In this document: piece by piece, positions 26,396 through 40,500 of the stretch
Position numbering within the stretch: the first letter of the stretch is position 1
How the letters are laid out: every line of letters starts with the position of its first letter
NCBI GenBank assembly: GCA_017499595.2
Contig: CM039009.1
Coordinates: 496,001-560,000 of the forward strand
Source: Psilocybe cubensis
Lineage: Eukaryota
DNA length: 64,000 nt
Direction: 5' to 3'
Program-made: the position numbers and the translations under genes
The notes under the pieces: generated by a model
Databases searched by the model: none
What the model was told of the DNA's origin: nothing
What the model saw: only the letters and a program-made list of their open reading frames with translations

Positions 26396-27375
26396 ATGAT
26401 TTTGGGCACTGAATCTGAGAATGGTAACTCAGAACTACATCCTCAGCTAGTGGCTTTCGATTTAGAGTAAGTTCACAGAGAGACTCTGCACAACATACTT
26501 AACTTTATACAATCTCCATCAGTTATACTCTCTGGGATCTATGGATCGACACTCATGTCACAGGTCTGGAATGTACCAGACATTTGGATTGTTCATTGAG
26601 ACGTAGAACTATCTAGGACCCTTGAGGAGGAAAGGTACTGCAATTAACCAGGTGTTGGACAAGTATGAAAAAATTTCATCGTCTAGTGAACTCCTCGATC
26701 TTACTGTCGCAGATACGGGGAAACCATTTCCTTCTACGACGATGTGCCGCATATACTGCACGATCTTCGTTCCCGTTCCTTTCCGACACATGGCGATAAA
26801 GTGGACCGACATGTTGTAATCGCTGCTTGCTCGCGAACACATGCTCCAGACCTGTGCGGTTTCATCTGGAGTTGTTCAAAAAGGCCGAGACTGACCCTCA
26901 AGACTGATCAGTGCAAATCAGTGTCTTCGATTGTTGCTTGTACCGCCCTGTCCCAAAGACTCCTCTCCTGATCTAAAGCCTGCAATCGAATTCTTCGATG
27001 AAATGGAGATATATCCAGGTGAGTCCAGTCGAACACAGGCAATACTTTAGTCTTGAAACGTGAACCCAGGTTCGAAGATCAAGCATTTCAAGAAAATTCA
27101 TGAGAGAACAGGTATACCCTATTCAGAAATGGTACATCATTACTTTCTGTTTGTTTAGACGCTGTTTGATATAAGTCTTTCTAGCTTTTCTTCGATGATG
27201 AACATAGAAACTCGGAGGTGGAAAAGCTAGGTCAATACTTGTCTTGATTTTCTCTGCACCATTCGTTTACTCTCTTGATTCAGGGGTTACATTTTGCCAT
27301 GTTCCACGAGGTTTGACCAGACAGAAATTTGATGAGGGCTTGAGAGAATGGCGACGCTGTCAGTCCAATCAATAG
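26396..27375 (+). CDS. MDP1: Magnesium-dependent phosphatase 1 (HAD superfamily)
   Basis: HAD motif I [78 protein letters not shown]. The start codon is approximate. Confidence 0.9.
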
Positions 27376-28026
27376 TGTCTGTTACCTGTCAAGGGTCTGT
27401 TCTTTCTGATTGATTGCAAAATAATAACGAGAAGAGCCATGCTGACTGGTCTTATTGAAAGAATATCTTTCATTCTTTCTACTTTAAAATGATCGACTGA
27501 ATAAATTGACCAGGAAAAGCGTCAGATTTTGTCATCAGATTATATCTCCCGCAAGCCACTCATGTTACTATTCAAGTTTCCAAGTCAAAAACAAAAACTC
27601 CATTGCTTGAGTAACAAAATCAAATTGAGTTTCATGGTCGCGCCGAACTCGGCTTTGCCTATGCACAGCCACTCCGAATTGAAGACCCGCAGCCATCGCT
27701 TTTTTGTACCGACACAGCTTCTAATGAACACGTTTCTTAAGTTCCTACCGTGACTGGGCCTTCAGAGCCACGAAAGCACAGCTATAAAAGCCAATATCAA
27801 GATATCCCGCATATCTTTTCTCCCGTCACCCATTTGTGTTGGCTATCCCGCAGAAGCCTCTCCATATCATACCCAAGTCTTGTTCCTCAGAATTATAAAA
27901 CCCTCGTGTTATTTGCTTGGTGCGCACACCCTGGATCTTTGCTTGTTCGTTTGAAGCTGACCATCCGTTGGCCTGTTAGACGCGATATCATCGAATTAAT
28001 ATCCTTCATCAAGTGCAATTCTAATC

Positions 28027-28468
28027 ATGGGTCAAGAGGCACCAGCATTTCCTTCACCTGCATACACGGCGGAGAAGACATCACAGGCGCACTATAACTC
28101 TCGTGCGCATCCCATTTTTCTTCATTCTGAGCTCAGAACATCTCATATCTACCCTGTTACCTTGCAGAAGCGCCTGGAATGCCCCAGCCCCATGGATATT
28201 ACCCGCAGCAGCTACAGCAGTATCAAACCGAGTACAGGCCTCCTCAAGGCGGCTATAATCAATCGCAGCCGCAGCCGCATGCCCAGCCACAAGTCATCTA
28301 TGTCCAACAGCAATCCAGACCGGACAATTCTGATGCAATTTGTTTGCCTTTTGCCTGGTGAGTTCTTCCTTTATCCCGAGTTTTCATAGCTGACACTACT
28401 TCATCATGGTAAGCTGTGCTGGATGCCTGACAGCTACCTTATGTTGCCCCTGCGTCTGCTGTTTCTAG
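28027..28468 (+). CDS. CYSTM-type small Pro/Gln/Tyr-rich protein with Cys-rich C-terminal membrane module
   Basis: MGQEAPAFPSPAYT...YYPQQLQQYQTEYRPPQGGYNQSQPQPHAQPQVIYVQQQ...ICLPFACCAGCLTATLCCPCVCCF*, with two introns. Confidence 0.8.
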
Positions 28469-28946
28469 GTTCTGCCTGAGCAGCACAGACTCACAAGACT
28501 TTCTTCAACGGACATTACATCATCCATTTCCGACTACTCTTACTGTACAATTGTTTACTCAGTATATGGTCACCCCTTTAACAGGTTCCCCTTTACCCGG
28601 CTCTTTTCTTGTGTATCTACTAGTGTTTCTCACATGTGGCATGTCTGCCCTCCTTGTCATATTATATCTTTTCTGCGTCTATAGCAGATATACAAACATT
28701 ACCATCAATGTATAATTAAATCATCTTAAAAGTTGTCATTGTTCGCAGTTGTCTCAGATTATCACTGGTTGCGGGAGAAACATGCTACATTATTCACCGG
28801 ATTAACAGGCCACACAAGTCACCTATAGCCTGAATTACTAAACTGAAAATCTCAGATATACGCTAATACTTCTACTGAAAAAAAAAACACTGAAAAAGAA
28901 TCCTTCAAGTCCATTGACATCGTGGTATAGTATCATCATTAATTTA

Positions 28947-31900
28947 TCAGGGGACGCCCATCTCTCGTCCGATCTCCTTCAAACATTCTCTCGCCACCGT
29001 CCGCGCGTCGAGGTCAGATACAGAATTGTTGTCCCTGCCCAACAAATCCAGAGCTTCGCCACCTCCACTAGCAACCTCCATCTTATCAGCTCGCGTGTGC
29101 AAGGAGCGGTAGATCCTGATCTCTGATGGGCTCCGGCGTGGTATTGACGCAATTTCACATAGGATGGGATAAAAGTGGAACAGGTGGGCAACAGTGGTCC
29201 GTTTCACCGAATCAGCAATGAGTTCTTGAGGAGTCGAGGGTATAGGTATATCTTTGCCAATTGCTAATTAGTGGATTGATCAGGATGAGAAACCTCGATT
29301 TATTCAAAAATAAATCCGTTACCTGGCTGATTGATGCAGTATTCTGTGGGTTTGTCGGACAATGCTGCCCACAGTGATCCAGGCCAAAGCCGAAGGCCAT
29401 GAATCTTAGTAAGAACATATAAAAGTTCTTCCTCGCGAGCTCTATTATAATGCATAAGCATCAGAATAATAAAGATGCCAAAAACACGTACCTAGGGAAT
29501 GGTGTGTTACCCCTCAATGATTCATCTGCCACGTATCCCAAAAGTGTAGTTTTGCATCGATTAAGAAGTGAAGGTAAACTTAAAGCAGCTAGTCGTCGTC
29601 GCGATTGCTCTTGATCTGGCAAAAGAAATGGTCAATACTTCACAAAGGAAAGGATAAGGAAATTAATACCTCTCGTGACATCTGAGCAGATGAGGAATAA
29701 AAGGTCGAAACACCAATACGAAAATCGTTCTCGCGGCACCAAATTGCCAAAGTCCGTAGTCCCAAGGTCAGGGTAATTAACATCCACATCCACCTTGATA
29801 ACCTTCAACGGCGGACTTATGCTTACTGCAGGCGATGTAGCATCAGTTGATGTAGATCCTCTTCTCATAGACAACGAGGGCACATCCGCTGTTGATGACA
29901 CAGAAGAGAAGGACGACGGTCGCGAAGTCATGGGTGACATCTCAGAATCCTCCACTCTGTAGATCTTGCTACCTTGGAGAAGAATCTTCCCCAACTGGGC
30001 CACAAGCACATCTGGAACACGGGGCCCACCCAGATGCGGTACGACATCAATCTCCAGAGATGCAATAAGGGCAAGATCAAAATTCTCTTCAGCCTCTTGA
30101 ACATCGAGTGAGAAGTTCTCCGCAGTTGAGCTGAAAATAAGTCGAATTGAATGAATAGCTCTGGTCAAAAAAGTGAAAAGTTGACGCACCAGTCAGCCAG
30201 AATACCACCACGGAAGACATCTAGAATCTGCCTCCAGATACCTTCAATTCGTTCATCATTTATTTTTTCCCCCATTGCATCTATTTGTAAAGTGGACTCC
30301 TTTACGATGCGGAGGAAGCAAGTCGTCGCAGTTTTCCATAAAGGCAGATCCTTGCCGTACTTTGAAGGTGCAGGACAATCGTACTTCAGTTTGACAGGTA
30401 TTGAATATGCCTAACATAAAAAGATTCAACGTGATGACCCTGAGTGTACACAAGGAAACGAACTGAGAGGACGGATTCCAAAGTTCCATCAACATAGATG
30501 TCTTCGTGTGATTTGAACCTCAAGAAAAGTTCCACCAACATTGGCATGGTCTTTTTCGAAATGGCGATGTAGGTGATGCGTTTTTGAGGGGTTTGCTGCG
30601 ATGAAGTTTTGGAGCTAGGCTGGACATCAAAAGCGGCAAGGAATGGCAGGGTGATGTATTCAGACAGGTCGCGCATGACGAGAGATGGAGAGCCTGGTAT
30701 ACTGAGATCGATGTCGACAATCGTATCCATTACCACGGACTAATAGTGCAGTTAAGAATGCTAAGTATGCGTATGCCCAAATAAAAGAACATACCTGTAC
30801 AGGGGGGAGAGCATCGATATCAGGTCTGTAATCCGGCGAATGGGGGTAGGTCAAAACACCTACAAAACTAGTTTAAGAATAAAATTGAGTTGAAGTAAAA
30901 ATCAACTTACCTTTTAGGATTGCCATCAACGTAGTCAGCCTTGGTAGATCCCACTCTTTTCCATCTACTACTTTGCTTGCTTTCCTAGTACCTTGAATCA
31001 CATCGACATACGCCACCAGACCCTCCTGAGTAAATGGTGGGTTTGGAGAATTTTCTAAGTCAACCTGGGAAGTATACTTCTTTGTTGCGGCAGTACTCAA
31101 CGCTACCAAGGTCTTCCATATCCTCTCCAGCGACTCCGATACCCGCACTCGAATCACTCCTTCAGCGCCTGAAAATGCCTTGATGGCCTTTTCGAGGCAG
31201 CGTAACGCCGGCGGGCTGATGCACCGATTGTCTGTCAAGATTGTTTCTTCGATATGAACCATGAACGCGTCCCATGCTTTCGTGTAGGAATCCAATAGAA
31301 TAATCTTGTCAATAAGGAAGTCGCTGAAAATCGATCCGATTGAGTACAGAGCGAGGATCTTTGATTCATCCCATGAATGCTCGACGCCTTCATCAGGCTG
31401 GTCAGCGCCTTTATGCGATCGTATCTGATCCGTCAAAGCATCTAGTAGGGGGAATGTAACTTTCCATATGCATTGTTCCCAAGTGTCCATGCTGAGAGTA
31501 GCACCATACAATTGCATCGTCCGAAACAACGTCTGAATGGCACCATCTCGAACCTCAGCACGCGAATCGGTGCAGAGTCCAAGAACCTCTAGCAAGAGGA
31601 ACATCCACAATTCGCTATACTCCGGCTCTTCATCCATATTCTTGCGCTTGGATTGGATAGCATCCGACACACTCCATAAAAGGCTGGCAGCGGCTGTCAG
31701 CGCGATATTGGTGTCTGCTTGGTGTCCAAAGTGCCCCAAAGTACTAATGCATAGACGAAGATGCTCTGGAGAGAGACTAGAAACCGAATCGCATACCAAG
31801 GTCAGAGATTGGAACGCGATCTTGACCAAAGCGTTATAGCTTTTTTCAGTTGGGTTGCTTAGCCCGATGGGCAGCGGCTTTGTTCGGATGACGGGTGAAG

Positions 31901-34900
31901 GAGGTCCACTCAAAATGGAAACGGAATCTGTGGATCTTGACCGCGTTGGGCGCGTAGCTCCTGAACTACCGAAGCTCTGACTTGCAGGCAGACACACGCT
32001 TCCCAGCATCTCAAATATAGTTTCCCAGCCAACAACTAGAGTATGCCCAGCAGCCTGCAAAATTTGATGTAGGGTCTCTAAGCCCATTCTCCTGATTTCT
32101 ACACTGGTTGTAGTTTGCTGGTTGAGAGGAACGTTGGAATCAGGAATTATCTGCTGTGCTAAAACATCCAAAACTCGGCGCTGGACTTCGGCCTGTAACT
32201 CTCCTGTTGAGCTCAGATTTCGCGGTATAACGAGTAGAATTTCATCTAGCACACGGGCGGCTTGGATCCGGATGGATTGGGGAGCAAAGGGGAGGCCGAT
32301 GACCATCAGCAAATGACTGGTAGTCGCGTTCCAAGCGATCTCTGGCGATCGGTAGATAAGCCGATGAATATTGAGCATGGCGACTCCTCCTAGTTTCGAA
32401 ATGCCAAAGTCACCCGACCTCTGTTGTGGGTTAGCCAAAATTCAAAGAATGTTTGGAAGAAAACTTCATGAACTTACCACATTCTTCGGGATATATATGC
32501 CACTGACCCTCCTGCGATTGCCAAAACTTTCTTGACTTTTGTTGATGGTCAAAGTGGTCCCAGTCGCCCCAGTCTCCTCTCCAGTCTCAGAAACGTTCAC
32601 AGCCACAACCTCAGTAGTTTGCATCCCCACCATTTCCGAACTCAATTTACACAACGCATTGACGAAGTCCTTGAACGCCGAATCCTCCAAATTCTTCGAT
32701 GAGTCAAACAGCCTTTGTACAGCCATTTGCATGGTCTCAACCTCAAGGTCGGAAAGTAAGGGGTGTCGTATGGCTTGAGCGTTGCTAACATTTGATTGTG
32801 AATTAGACATTGTCAATGAAACGGACCGACTTGCAGGCACGCCTCCGCCGCTACCGCCCGAGCTTGGGCCAGAGGCAGCAGCAGCAACGCCACCGAAAAG
32901 TCCCTTCTTACTGCTCTGCCCACCACCGCTCCTCGCCATCACACCAAGAACCGAATCGGCATTCTGCAGAGCTTCAAGCACGGGGTACCAGCTTTCTCCT
33001 AAGCTTCCAGCAAGGAAAAGTGCACAGCCCAAAAACACCTTCAAGCAGGCCATGTTTCTCTCAGACAGACCAGGGGGCAGACTTGGCCCGCCTAGTCCCA
33101 GCCCCTCTGAAAGTGCCGCCGTTGCCGATCGCGGCGTCTGTGGCGGCGGATGCTCAACCCAAGTCTCCAAGCTCGACACAACACGGGGAGGAACAGCGAA
33201 CTTCGACAAGGAATTGAAAAACGCGTCGCGCGGAGTCGTGAGGCCAAGCATTCCAGATACATTGGTCATCGCTTGATAGCTCGCGAGTACTTCGACGAAC
33301 AGCTCATCTGAGAGATTTGTGGAGATGATAAAAGAGAGAGCGGCGAGGAGAGCGGGCCATGCTTGCGAGATGATGGATTGCACGGTGCGCAAGTTATGTG
33401 TTTGGGGGTCATTTTGTGGTAATGCATCGAGATCTAAGGCAGGGGGTGCGCGGACAACGGCATCGCCTGCTGCACGAGGGCGTTGGAGAGCAATTTGGCT
33501 GTATATGGGCCCGGAAAAGGAGGCAAATCCTTCTGAAAGGGAGACAATGCATTGCACTGCGAGGAGATATAAGTACGCGTCGGGAATTGCAGGCGCATCA
33601 GCTTTGTCCAATTGATCAATACTAACAAATTGCATTCAGTCGAGTTCGGCTAGTATGCGGCTTTGAACATACCATTGAACTTTCATAGCTGAGCCATACG
33701 AGCTCAAACCTGCCTCCCCTCCAATCATTGTGACAACACCGCTAACAGTGGCACTTGCTACTCTTCCGGCCATATCCAACCCATATGCCGCAGCTCCGGT
33801 GGCACTAGATGATGATTCTGACTGTACACCAATACCTCCCATTTGCTGACTGACGCCAAGCAACGCAGGCTTTTCCGTCACCAATCGTTTGAGAGCCGTA
33901 ACAAGCGATGTTACAGCTTTAGAACCGGTATCGAGAGCGTCATATCGGTCCCAAAGATTTCTGATGAGCTCTGCATCGCTACATAATCTAAAGGGAACAA
34001 AGTCAACAAACAACGATGATGACGACAATAAAATGCGAGCTAACCCTCTCATTATCTCCATAGCTAAAACTCGCATCCATAGCGGTTTGGAAGAGTGTGC
34101 ATGATGTGGTTGCTCTGAGGAGTCTGGGCCATTCTCTTCACTAATGATGCGGATCAGAAGCATCAGGAACACTTCCGACTCTGTTCGAAGTTCCAATGAA
34201 AATTTTTTAAGAAGTAGAAACACGACACGGGTACACCGCAGCAGTAATGGGAATTGTGGACGTTCTGAGAGAGATTTAAGAAGTAAAGGACACATGTGAT
34301 GACTCAAAAGAAGGATAAGTTCATAATGCTGTAGATGAATTGAGCTTAGAAGCATCCTTCATTAAACACGTCGTGCTTACCCTGCGAAACTGCTCGTGGT
34401 AGTTGGTCAACACGCTTTCTATTAATTCAAGTGCAAATGTTTTGTGTAAAAACTCGAGCTTGAGAAAATTGGCTTTCTCCGAATTGGCAAGGAGGCAAAG
34501 GTCTTCGAACACAGAAAACGCGTCCTTCGCAGATGGTCCAAGTAATTTCGTTGTCCCGTCAGGTAATTGAACCTCTGACAGGTCTGCGGATGGGATTTCC
34601 TCGGATTCCTCCTGGCGATCCTCTAGCACCATTTTATCAACCACGAACATGACTAACTGTCGAAGAGTCGCCGCAGCAGTCGATGATACGACTGCGATTC
34701 TCGATTCTTGTAATTTGAAGCACAATAGTAGAGCCTAATCATGGTTCAGCGTGATTCAACATGCATAACAGGACACGTACGTCGCCTAGTAGATCACCGT
34801 GGATGGCAGGGAAGTTGGGTACTAGGGAAACCAGTGTCTGAAGAATACGAAGCTGAATGTCGACTCCTTGCGACATCGCATCACTCATTGTGCTGATGAT

Positions 34901-35341
34901 TAGAGGCACGGCGGATTGGGGAACGGCCTTGAGTGCGATGAGACGCTGAAGTGACCCTAATGAAATCGCGACGACTTTGGCGTTTTTAGTTCTGCATCCC
35001 ATAAATACTGGTCTCAGAAGATCATCGGATTGAGGTCCATCTATTAATGAAGCCTTAAAAAAGTTCAAAAGAGTGACTTGAATCGGCGACATACCTGAAG
35101 CCAAGTTGGCAGTCGCCTGCTCCGGCGACGCGCGTAAAATAGCCAATGATTTTTCTGCAGCCTATTCCCCTGTCAGATTCCGTCTTGTCCAACAGTATCA
35201 GCAGACAAACACCTCGCGTATTTCAGGGTGCTTCCGTCTCGTTTCACTTGCTAAAGACTAAACACGTATTGAGCTTCTATCTGACTCTTCGCTAGTGTTG
35301 CTTACCTGTAGTTCAGTCACCAAGAAAGCAAGGGAGCTCAT
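28947..35341 (-). CDS. MON2: Mon2/Ysl2 endosomal Arf-GEF-like trafficking scaffold
   Basis: MSSLAFLVTELQSLASETRRKHPEIRE, MSQGVDIQLRILQTL, SSTAAATLRQLV, TFALELIESVL, DQLDKADAPAIPDAYLYLL, DSRAEVRDGAIQTLFR, RERFSYWCFDLLF, AHLFHFYPILCEI. Confidence 0.95.
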
Positions 35342-36015
35342 TCTGTCAGGGCAGCGTCAGGAAACTTTTCCATATGTATCGAGTGAGACTCACGCAGTAT
35401 TTAAGCAGATCTACGCTACAACCAACAATGGTTATAATTTATGTTCGGAAGTCGCTATCAGGGGGAAATTCTTTACAGATATTTAGCCCTCCAGAGTGAA
35501 GAAGTGGTAGCAGATACAATGATAGTTTACAGACAGCGACAATGCGTCGACAATGCCCTTGTTTTGAGGAGAACAAGAAAAGAATGGAGTAGGTATGGAC
35601 TCAAGCTCATTAGGCCGCAGGTATGCCAATATTGGACGTGCCGATAATGCCGAAAGGTGTTTGTCAATCAACCAACCGCAATGAGCCAACTGGATCAGTG
35701 CTCACTGGAACCTTCAGAACCTCACAACAACTTGGACGACATCGCCTACACCTATATCTTAAAGAGTCATCTTCGATGGCCAACCAAAAAGTTGCGACTC
35801 AAACTTGGCCAACTACTTAGGTGTTACATTTCAATTGGAATGTATCGTAAAATTGCATGTTTCTCATTGACTGCTTGTCACAACTTGACCATGGAAGCTG
35901 CCTTGAACTGCAATCATTCAATAAATGAAAATAAATATAATGATTGAACTTGAGGCTGTTCAATCACAGGGGTTTGTATCGGTATATCCAATGAAGCAGG
36001 TACCCCATCTTTGGC

Positions 36016-36921
36016 TCATATTATAAGAACAACACCAATCGCGGCGCCAATTGTCACCCAAAGTACGTTGGAGGCACCATTTTTGAAACCCAAACTCGAC
36101 GGTGCGCCTGGATCTGCTGTTGCACTTGGGCTACTTGACGATGATAACGACTCGGTATCGGAAGGACGAACGGTGATTTGCGACAGGGTCGAGGGGAATG
36201 GCACGGTTTGTGAAATAGTGCTTTGGGGACCGCTTGTTGTCGGGAAGATAGGTAAAATGCTAAACGTCCCATCTTCGATCGAACTGGTGGTAGAAGTAGA
36301 CGTCACAGATCTAATAACACTACTGCTCGATGCTCCGGGAACAGCAGGGACAGTCACAGCCGGGGTGTTGGGAAAGGGTGCGCAGAGAGTAGAATAACCT
36401 GTGAGGAAAAACATAACTAAGGCTGACGAAGGTTGAAACAGGTGATACCCACTGGACGAGAGTGTTTTTGCAGAGTCGACGACGAAGGGGGTTGGATTTG
36501 CTCGAATAGCGCAGTTAATGCAGGCCTGTAAAGCGGCTGCTACGGTAATGCTGCACATGCAGGTAACATCATCGCAGCCTTGCTTTACTTTCAATGAGAT
36601 AATGCTCAATACCGTAGAAAACAGGTAGCTCACATCGCCGATAGAATCTTCGAAGGTCTTACACACGGTGTCACATTGGTCCTGTTCTCACAGATCATAA
36701 CTAACCCGAACCACAATTGCCAAAGAAGTGACGCTTGCCTTGGTTAGGATTTGCCGCGAGACCAAATATCCCAAGCTCGCCAAACTGTCTCGCGTCGTGA
36801 GCGCAGATGCCGATACTAGGTGCTAAGAGTTAGTTTCCCCCAATCCAAATAAGAGGAAATAAGTCCACTCACCAAAGCATGCAGCCAGAGACAACGTCGG
36901 ATAAAGCACCTTCATATGCAT
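36016..36921 (-). CDS. 8-Cys CFEM-like secreted/GPI-type protein, array member A
   Basis: Signal-like MHMKVLYPTLSLAACF; QCDTVC...GCDDVTCMCSITVAAALQACINC...YSTLC; Ser/Thr stalk; hydrophobic tail NGASNVLWVTIGAAIGVVLII. Confidence 0.85.
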
Positions 36922-37287
36922 GTTGCACAATCCTCGCCGACTGATGAAGGGAGACCAAAGAATCGAAAAGAAAAGAAAAAGTTCACCTTTGAATCTCGAC
37001 TCTCTAGTAAGCAGAGTTTTTCCTATCATCGGACCATACTATCATTTCGAGATGTAGAGGCTTGGCACAAGGTTTATGCGTCATCGCGCTAATCACTTGG
37101 CGGTCAAAATTCAAAGCAAGGTCAAAGCATGTGCATGATGCGCATGACTCGTCGTCTTCTTGGTGCAATAATAATGGCACTCGTTCAAGTTAATATCCGA
37201 ATGTGTTCGACACATTTTTGTGGTTCAAGGCCGTCTTTTGTAGGCCGTAATTATGTTGAAAACAGCATGAACGAACGTGACAACTTT

Positions 37288-38024
37288 CTACAGATGCAAA
37301 AACATCATCAAGATGATGGGTGTCAACAAACCAGAAAGGACACATGTCGCCAAATTCCACCGACTTTTCATGCTTGCTTCACTTTTCTGACCCATTGGGG
37401 CTGCCCCTGATTTCGATGATTCGTCTCCACCCCCATTGCTACTGCTGCCTCCTGCAGAACTTGCCGAACCACCACTGCTGCTGCTTCCAGACGCAATTCC
37501 AGAACCATCAAAGTTGATATGTATTCCAGTTCCAGCACAATGATCATTGAAGCCTGGGTTAAGTATCTGGTCCTCTTCTGTCCATTTATTTACAGATCAT
37601 ATATCAAGGCATACCTTGAGCAAGAGCCACAGGATCAAAACCGGTTATCGCGTTGATGCCTGCTTCCTTGGTGGTGACGCAGTCAAAGCAGGACTGGGCT
37701 TCTTGTTGTACTGTTGTCGTACAGGGACATTCCCCTCCTGAGGCACCACAGGTCTATCGGCCCTGTTAGCAGTGGATATTATGGATAAATCAAATCAAAG
37801 CTACCGCTATCAGGCCATCGCATGCAGGATCGCACTACAGGATTTATTCAGTGGCTCAGCTCTGATGATCCGTCTAACAGCAAAGCGTACTGGCAATCTA
37901 CGCAGGAGAACATTGGCCGCTGACGTAGGTCTTTGTTTAAAATCGATCACAACGATTCGGAGTATCACGACTCACGTGAAAGGGCAAAAAAGAATATGTG
38001 AAGGATTATTGTAACGACTAACAT
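37288..38024 (-). CDS. 8-Cys CFEM-like secreted/GPI-type protein, array member B
   Basis: MLVVTIILHIFFLPF; LLRRLP-CDPACDGLIATCGASGGECPCTTTVQQEAQSCFDC...GFDP...FNDHC; Gly/Ser linker; tail CVLSGLLTPIILMMFLHL. Absent from the ORF track because of introns. Confidence 0.8.
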
Positions 38025-38350
38025 ATCTCGACGATCCAATAGTGCGAGCTCGAGAATAATCGGTGAGTCAGGTTTGTTTTTATATCATTTTTAGTGGATA
38101 TACGATGGCCGCAATCAGGTTACCGTCGAGCGCTGACCTCCAAACGTTAAAAACTTGAAAAACCGCCACATCTAATAACCTATTCATGGACCCAGCTTGA
38201 ACGGAGTTAGCAAATAACGAGCATCATTCACCCTTTCTACGGAGGCTTACGAGCACTGTGCTCTGGACGCATGCATTTACTCCGGCTGGAACTCATAATC
38301 AGACATGCACATATGCATCACAGACGTCCAAGATACTTATGATTCCCTAA

Positions 38351-39250
38351 TTACAGAACCTTGTTGATAAACATCAGCATGAATACCAAGCCTGCCGTAA
38401 TATTCCACGGCGCCATTTCCACGGCGCTTCTTTGACTTGAGCTAGTATTGCTATTTTTCTGTGGACCCGCGTTGGATCCCCCGCTCGCCGGATCCCCATT
38501 GCCACTTCCCCCTCCTGAACTTGTCCCAGAGCCTCCCGTACTTGTCCCACCATTGGCTGACCCAGAAACGCCTGTTGGACTTCCTGCCGAGCTTGTTCCT
38601 CCACTTTGCGAGCCAGCTGTCGATCCACTCGAAACGGTGACCGTTACAATTGAGGGCGTCCCGACTGGCGATGCTGATGGTTTAGCCGTTGAAGTGCTCC
38701 CACCAACAGGTGGTATAGTGATGTGTAGTCCTTCTAAAGCACATATTGTGTTGAACTCTAATACACAAATATCACGTCACTTCAGGTTAATTCATTCAAC
38801 AGAGAACGATATGTCCACCTCGAGCTTCAGCAACAGGGTCAAAACCAGCTTCAATTACAGTAGCTGCCTCATTTTGAAGCACGCAGTTCAAGCAAGCTTG
38901 GGCTTCGTTCTGTATTGCGACCGTGCATGGACATACTAATAAAGTCTCGCAGGTCTTGACCACAGTAAAAATTAGCAACAGGTCAACAAAGACGGAAGCA
39001 AAAAACCGTATACCTGGATCAAGCTATCACATTCTGAAGCGCACTTAGATATACAGGCATTAGATATTCATCTTCACGACTGGTAGTATGATTACGGAAA
39101 TGAACCAACCGGAGTTGAGGTTTGGCGCCGAAGAACACCAGCATCTGTACGCAGTGGATTGAAAGACGACTCTAACTTCATTGGTTTCAAACACTCACGT
39201 CCTATACTAAATAGAGAGAAGAAAACTATGCATGCAACGAACAGCATCAT
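38351..39250 (-). CDS. 8-Cys CFEM-like secreted/GPI-type protein, array member C
   Basis: MMLFVACIVFFSLFSI; VLRRQTSTP; CASECDSLIQTCETLLVCPCTVAIQNEAQACLNC...GFDP...FNTIC; S/G/T stalk; tail WNITAGLVFMLMFINKVL. Confidence 0.85.
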
Positions 39251-39713
39251 GAGTCAAGCCTAGAGATTGGGGGGCCGGATTAAGCTCTACAGGAGAGCAT
39301 TCATCGACGTCGTTTATAGTGTTCACTCCGATGAATTTAGGTTGGATCACAACTGAATTCAACCACATACAGCCATTATTGATGCGAAGATGAGCCTCTC
39401 TCGGGCGTCTGCCAAATCAAGCGTTATGAATCTCTTCATAAGCGATTTTGGACCAGACTACCAGCTATCACCGGCTCAGGACAAAATAGGAAAATATCTT
39501 CCTTAGCCACCTGAAGTCTTTAAGTATAGAAAGGTATAGAATGTGTGCTCATGTACCATCATTATGAACAAGTGACAGCGAGTATTCCCGATGACAATGC
39601 AGATGTTGAACAAGCATCAGAAGCAGAAACACAATTAAATTATATATTTATTTATAGAAAATTGACTGAACAGCAATATCATCTGCGATGATTAATGTTT
39701 TGCCTGAGACCGT

Positions 39714-40500
39714 TCAGTTGATGATCAATAGTAGCAGCCCAACGGCCAAGCCGTAACTCCCCACTCGAAGCTTCTCGCCGCTGCTTGTGTTGGAGCTAGT
39801 AGATGCAGTCGGAGCTGCGGTACCCGATCCAGGTGATGTGCCTGTAGGTGATGCTCCACTTGCGGTGGGTGTTGCGCTACCACTACCACTACCACTAGCA
39901 GAGGCACCTCCTGTTGAACCTGTAGCTGCAGCCTGAGGAACGGTCAGGCTGATGGATGACGCAGCACATTTGCTGTTAAACTCTGGAATCATTGCAACAG
40001 AAGTAAATGAGGTTGTTTTCATCGTGAGCCTCGAGTGACATTATACCGCTTGAGAGCGTACGCACGGGAGGTAAGAGTCGTAGGGTCGAGGCCCAGTCCT
40101 GCAGCCATGGATGCCAAAGCAGGATCGGAGGCCAAGCAGTTCAAACACGATTGAGCGGCCTTCTGGATATCACTGGTGCATGGGCATGTCTGGGGGCCAC
40201 CGCCGCATGACTGTAATAATTGTTAGGATTCTTTATCCCAGAGGCATTAGTTGCAAGACAAACCGTAATCAAAGAAGTGCAGTCAGTGGTGCATTGCTGT
40301 GAAGATGGCCATTGGTTAACACTTGGCACACGTCTATTGTATTTCTGAATGTCAACATACATCTGACTGTCGTTTTAGAACCTCAGACGCTGCTATGTAA
40401 GGCAAGTTAATCAGTAAGTAGCTTGGTGTGCTAATACAATGTACTTACATCCCAACAAAGCGAACAAGGACAAGGAAACGAGGAAAGTCTTCGCGAGCAT
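39714..40500 (-). CDS. 8-Cys CFEM-like secreted/GPI-type protein, array member D
   Basis: MLAKTFLVSLSLFALLG; VLKRQSD; QCTTDCTSLITSCGGGPQTCPCTSDIQKAAQSCLNC...GLDP...FNSKC; S/G/T stalk; tail SSGEKLRVGSYGLAVGLLLLIIN. Confidence 0.85.

Noticed and set aside
31537-34104. Plus-strand ORFs inside MON2
   Set aside because: Antisense shadows of long MON2 exons with no recognisable protein features.
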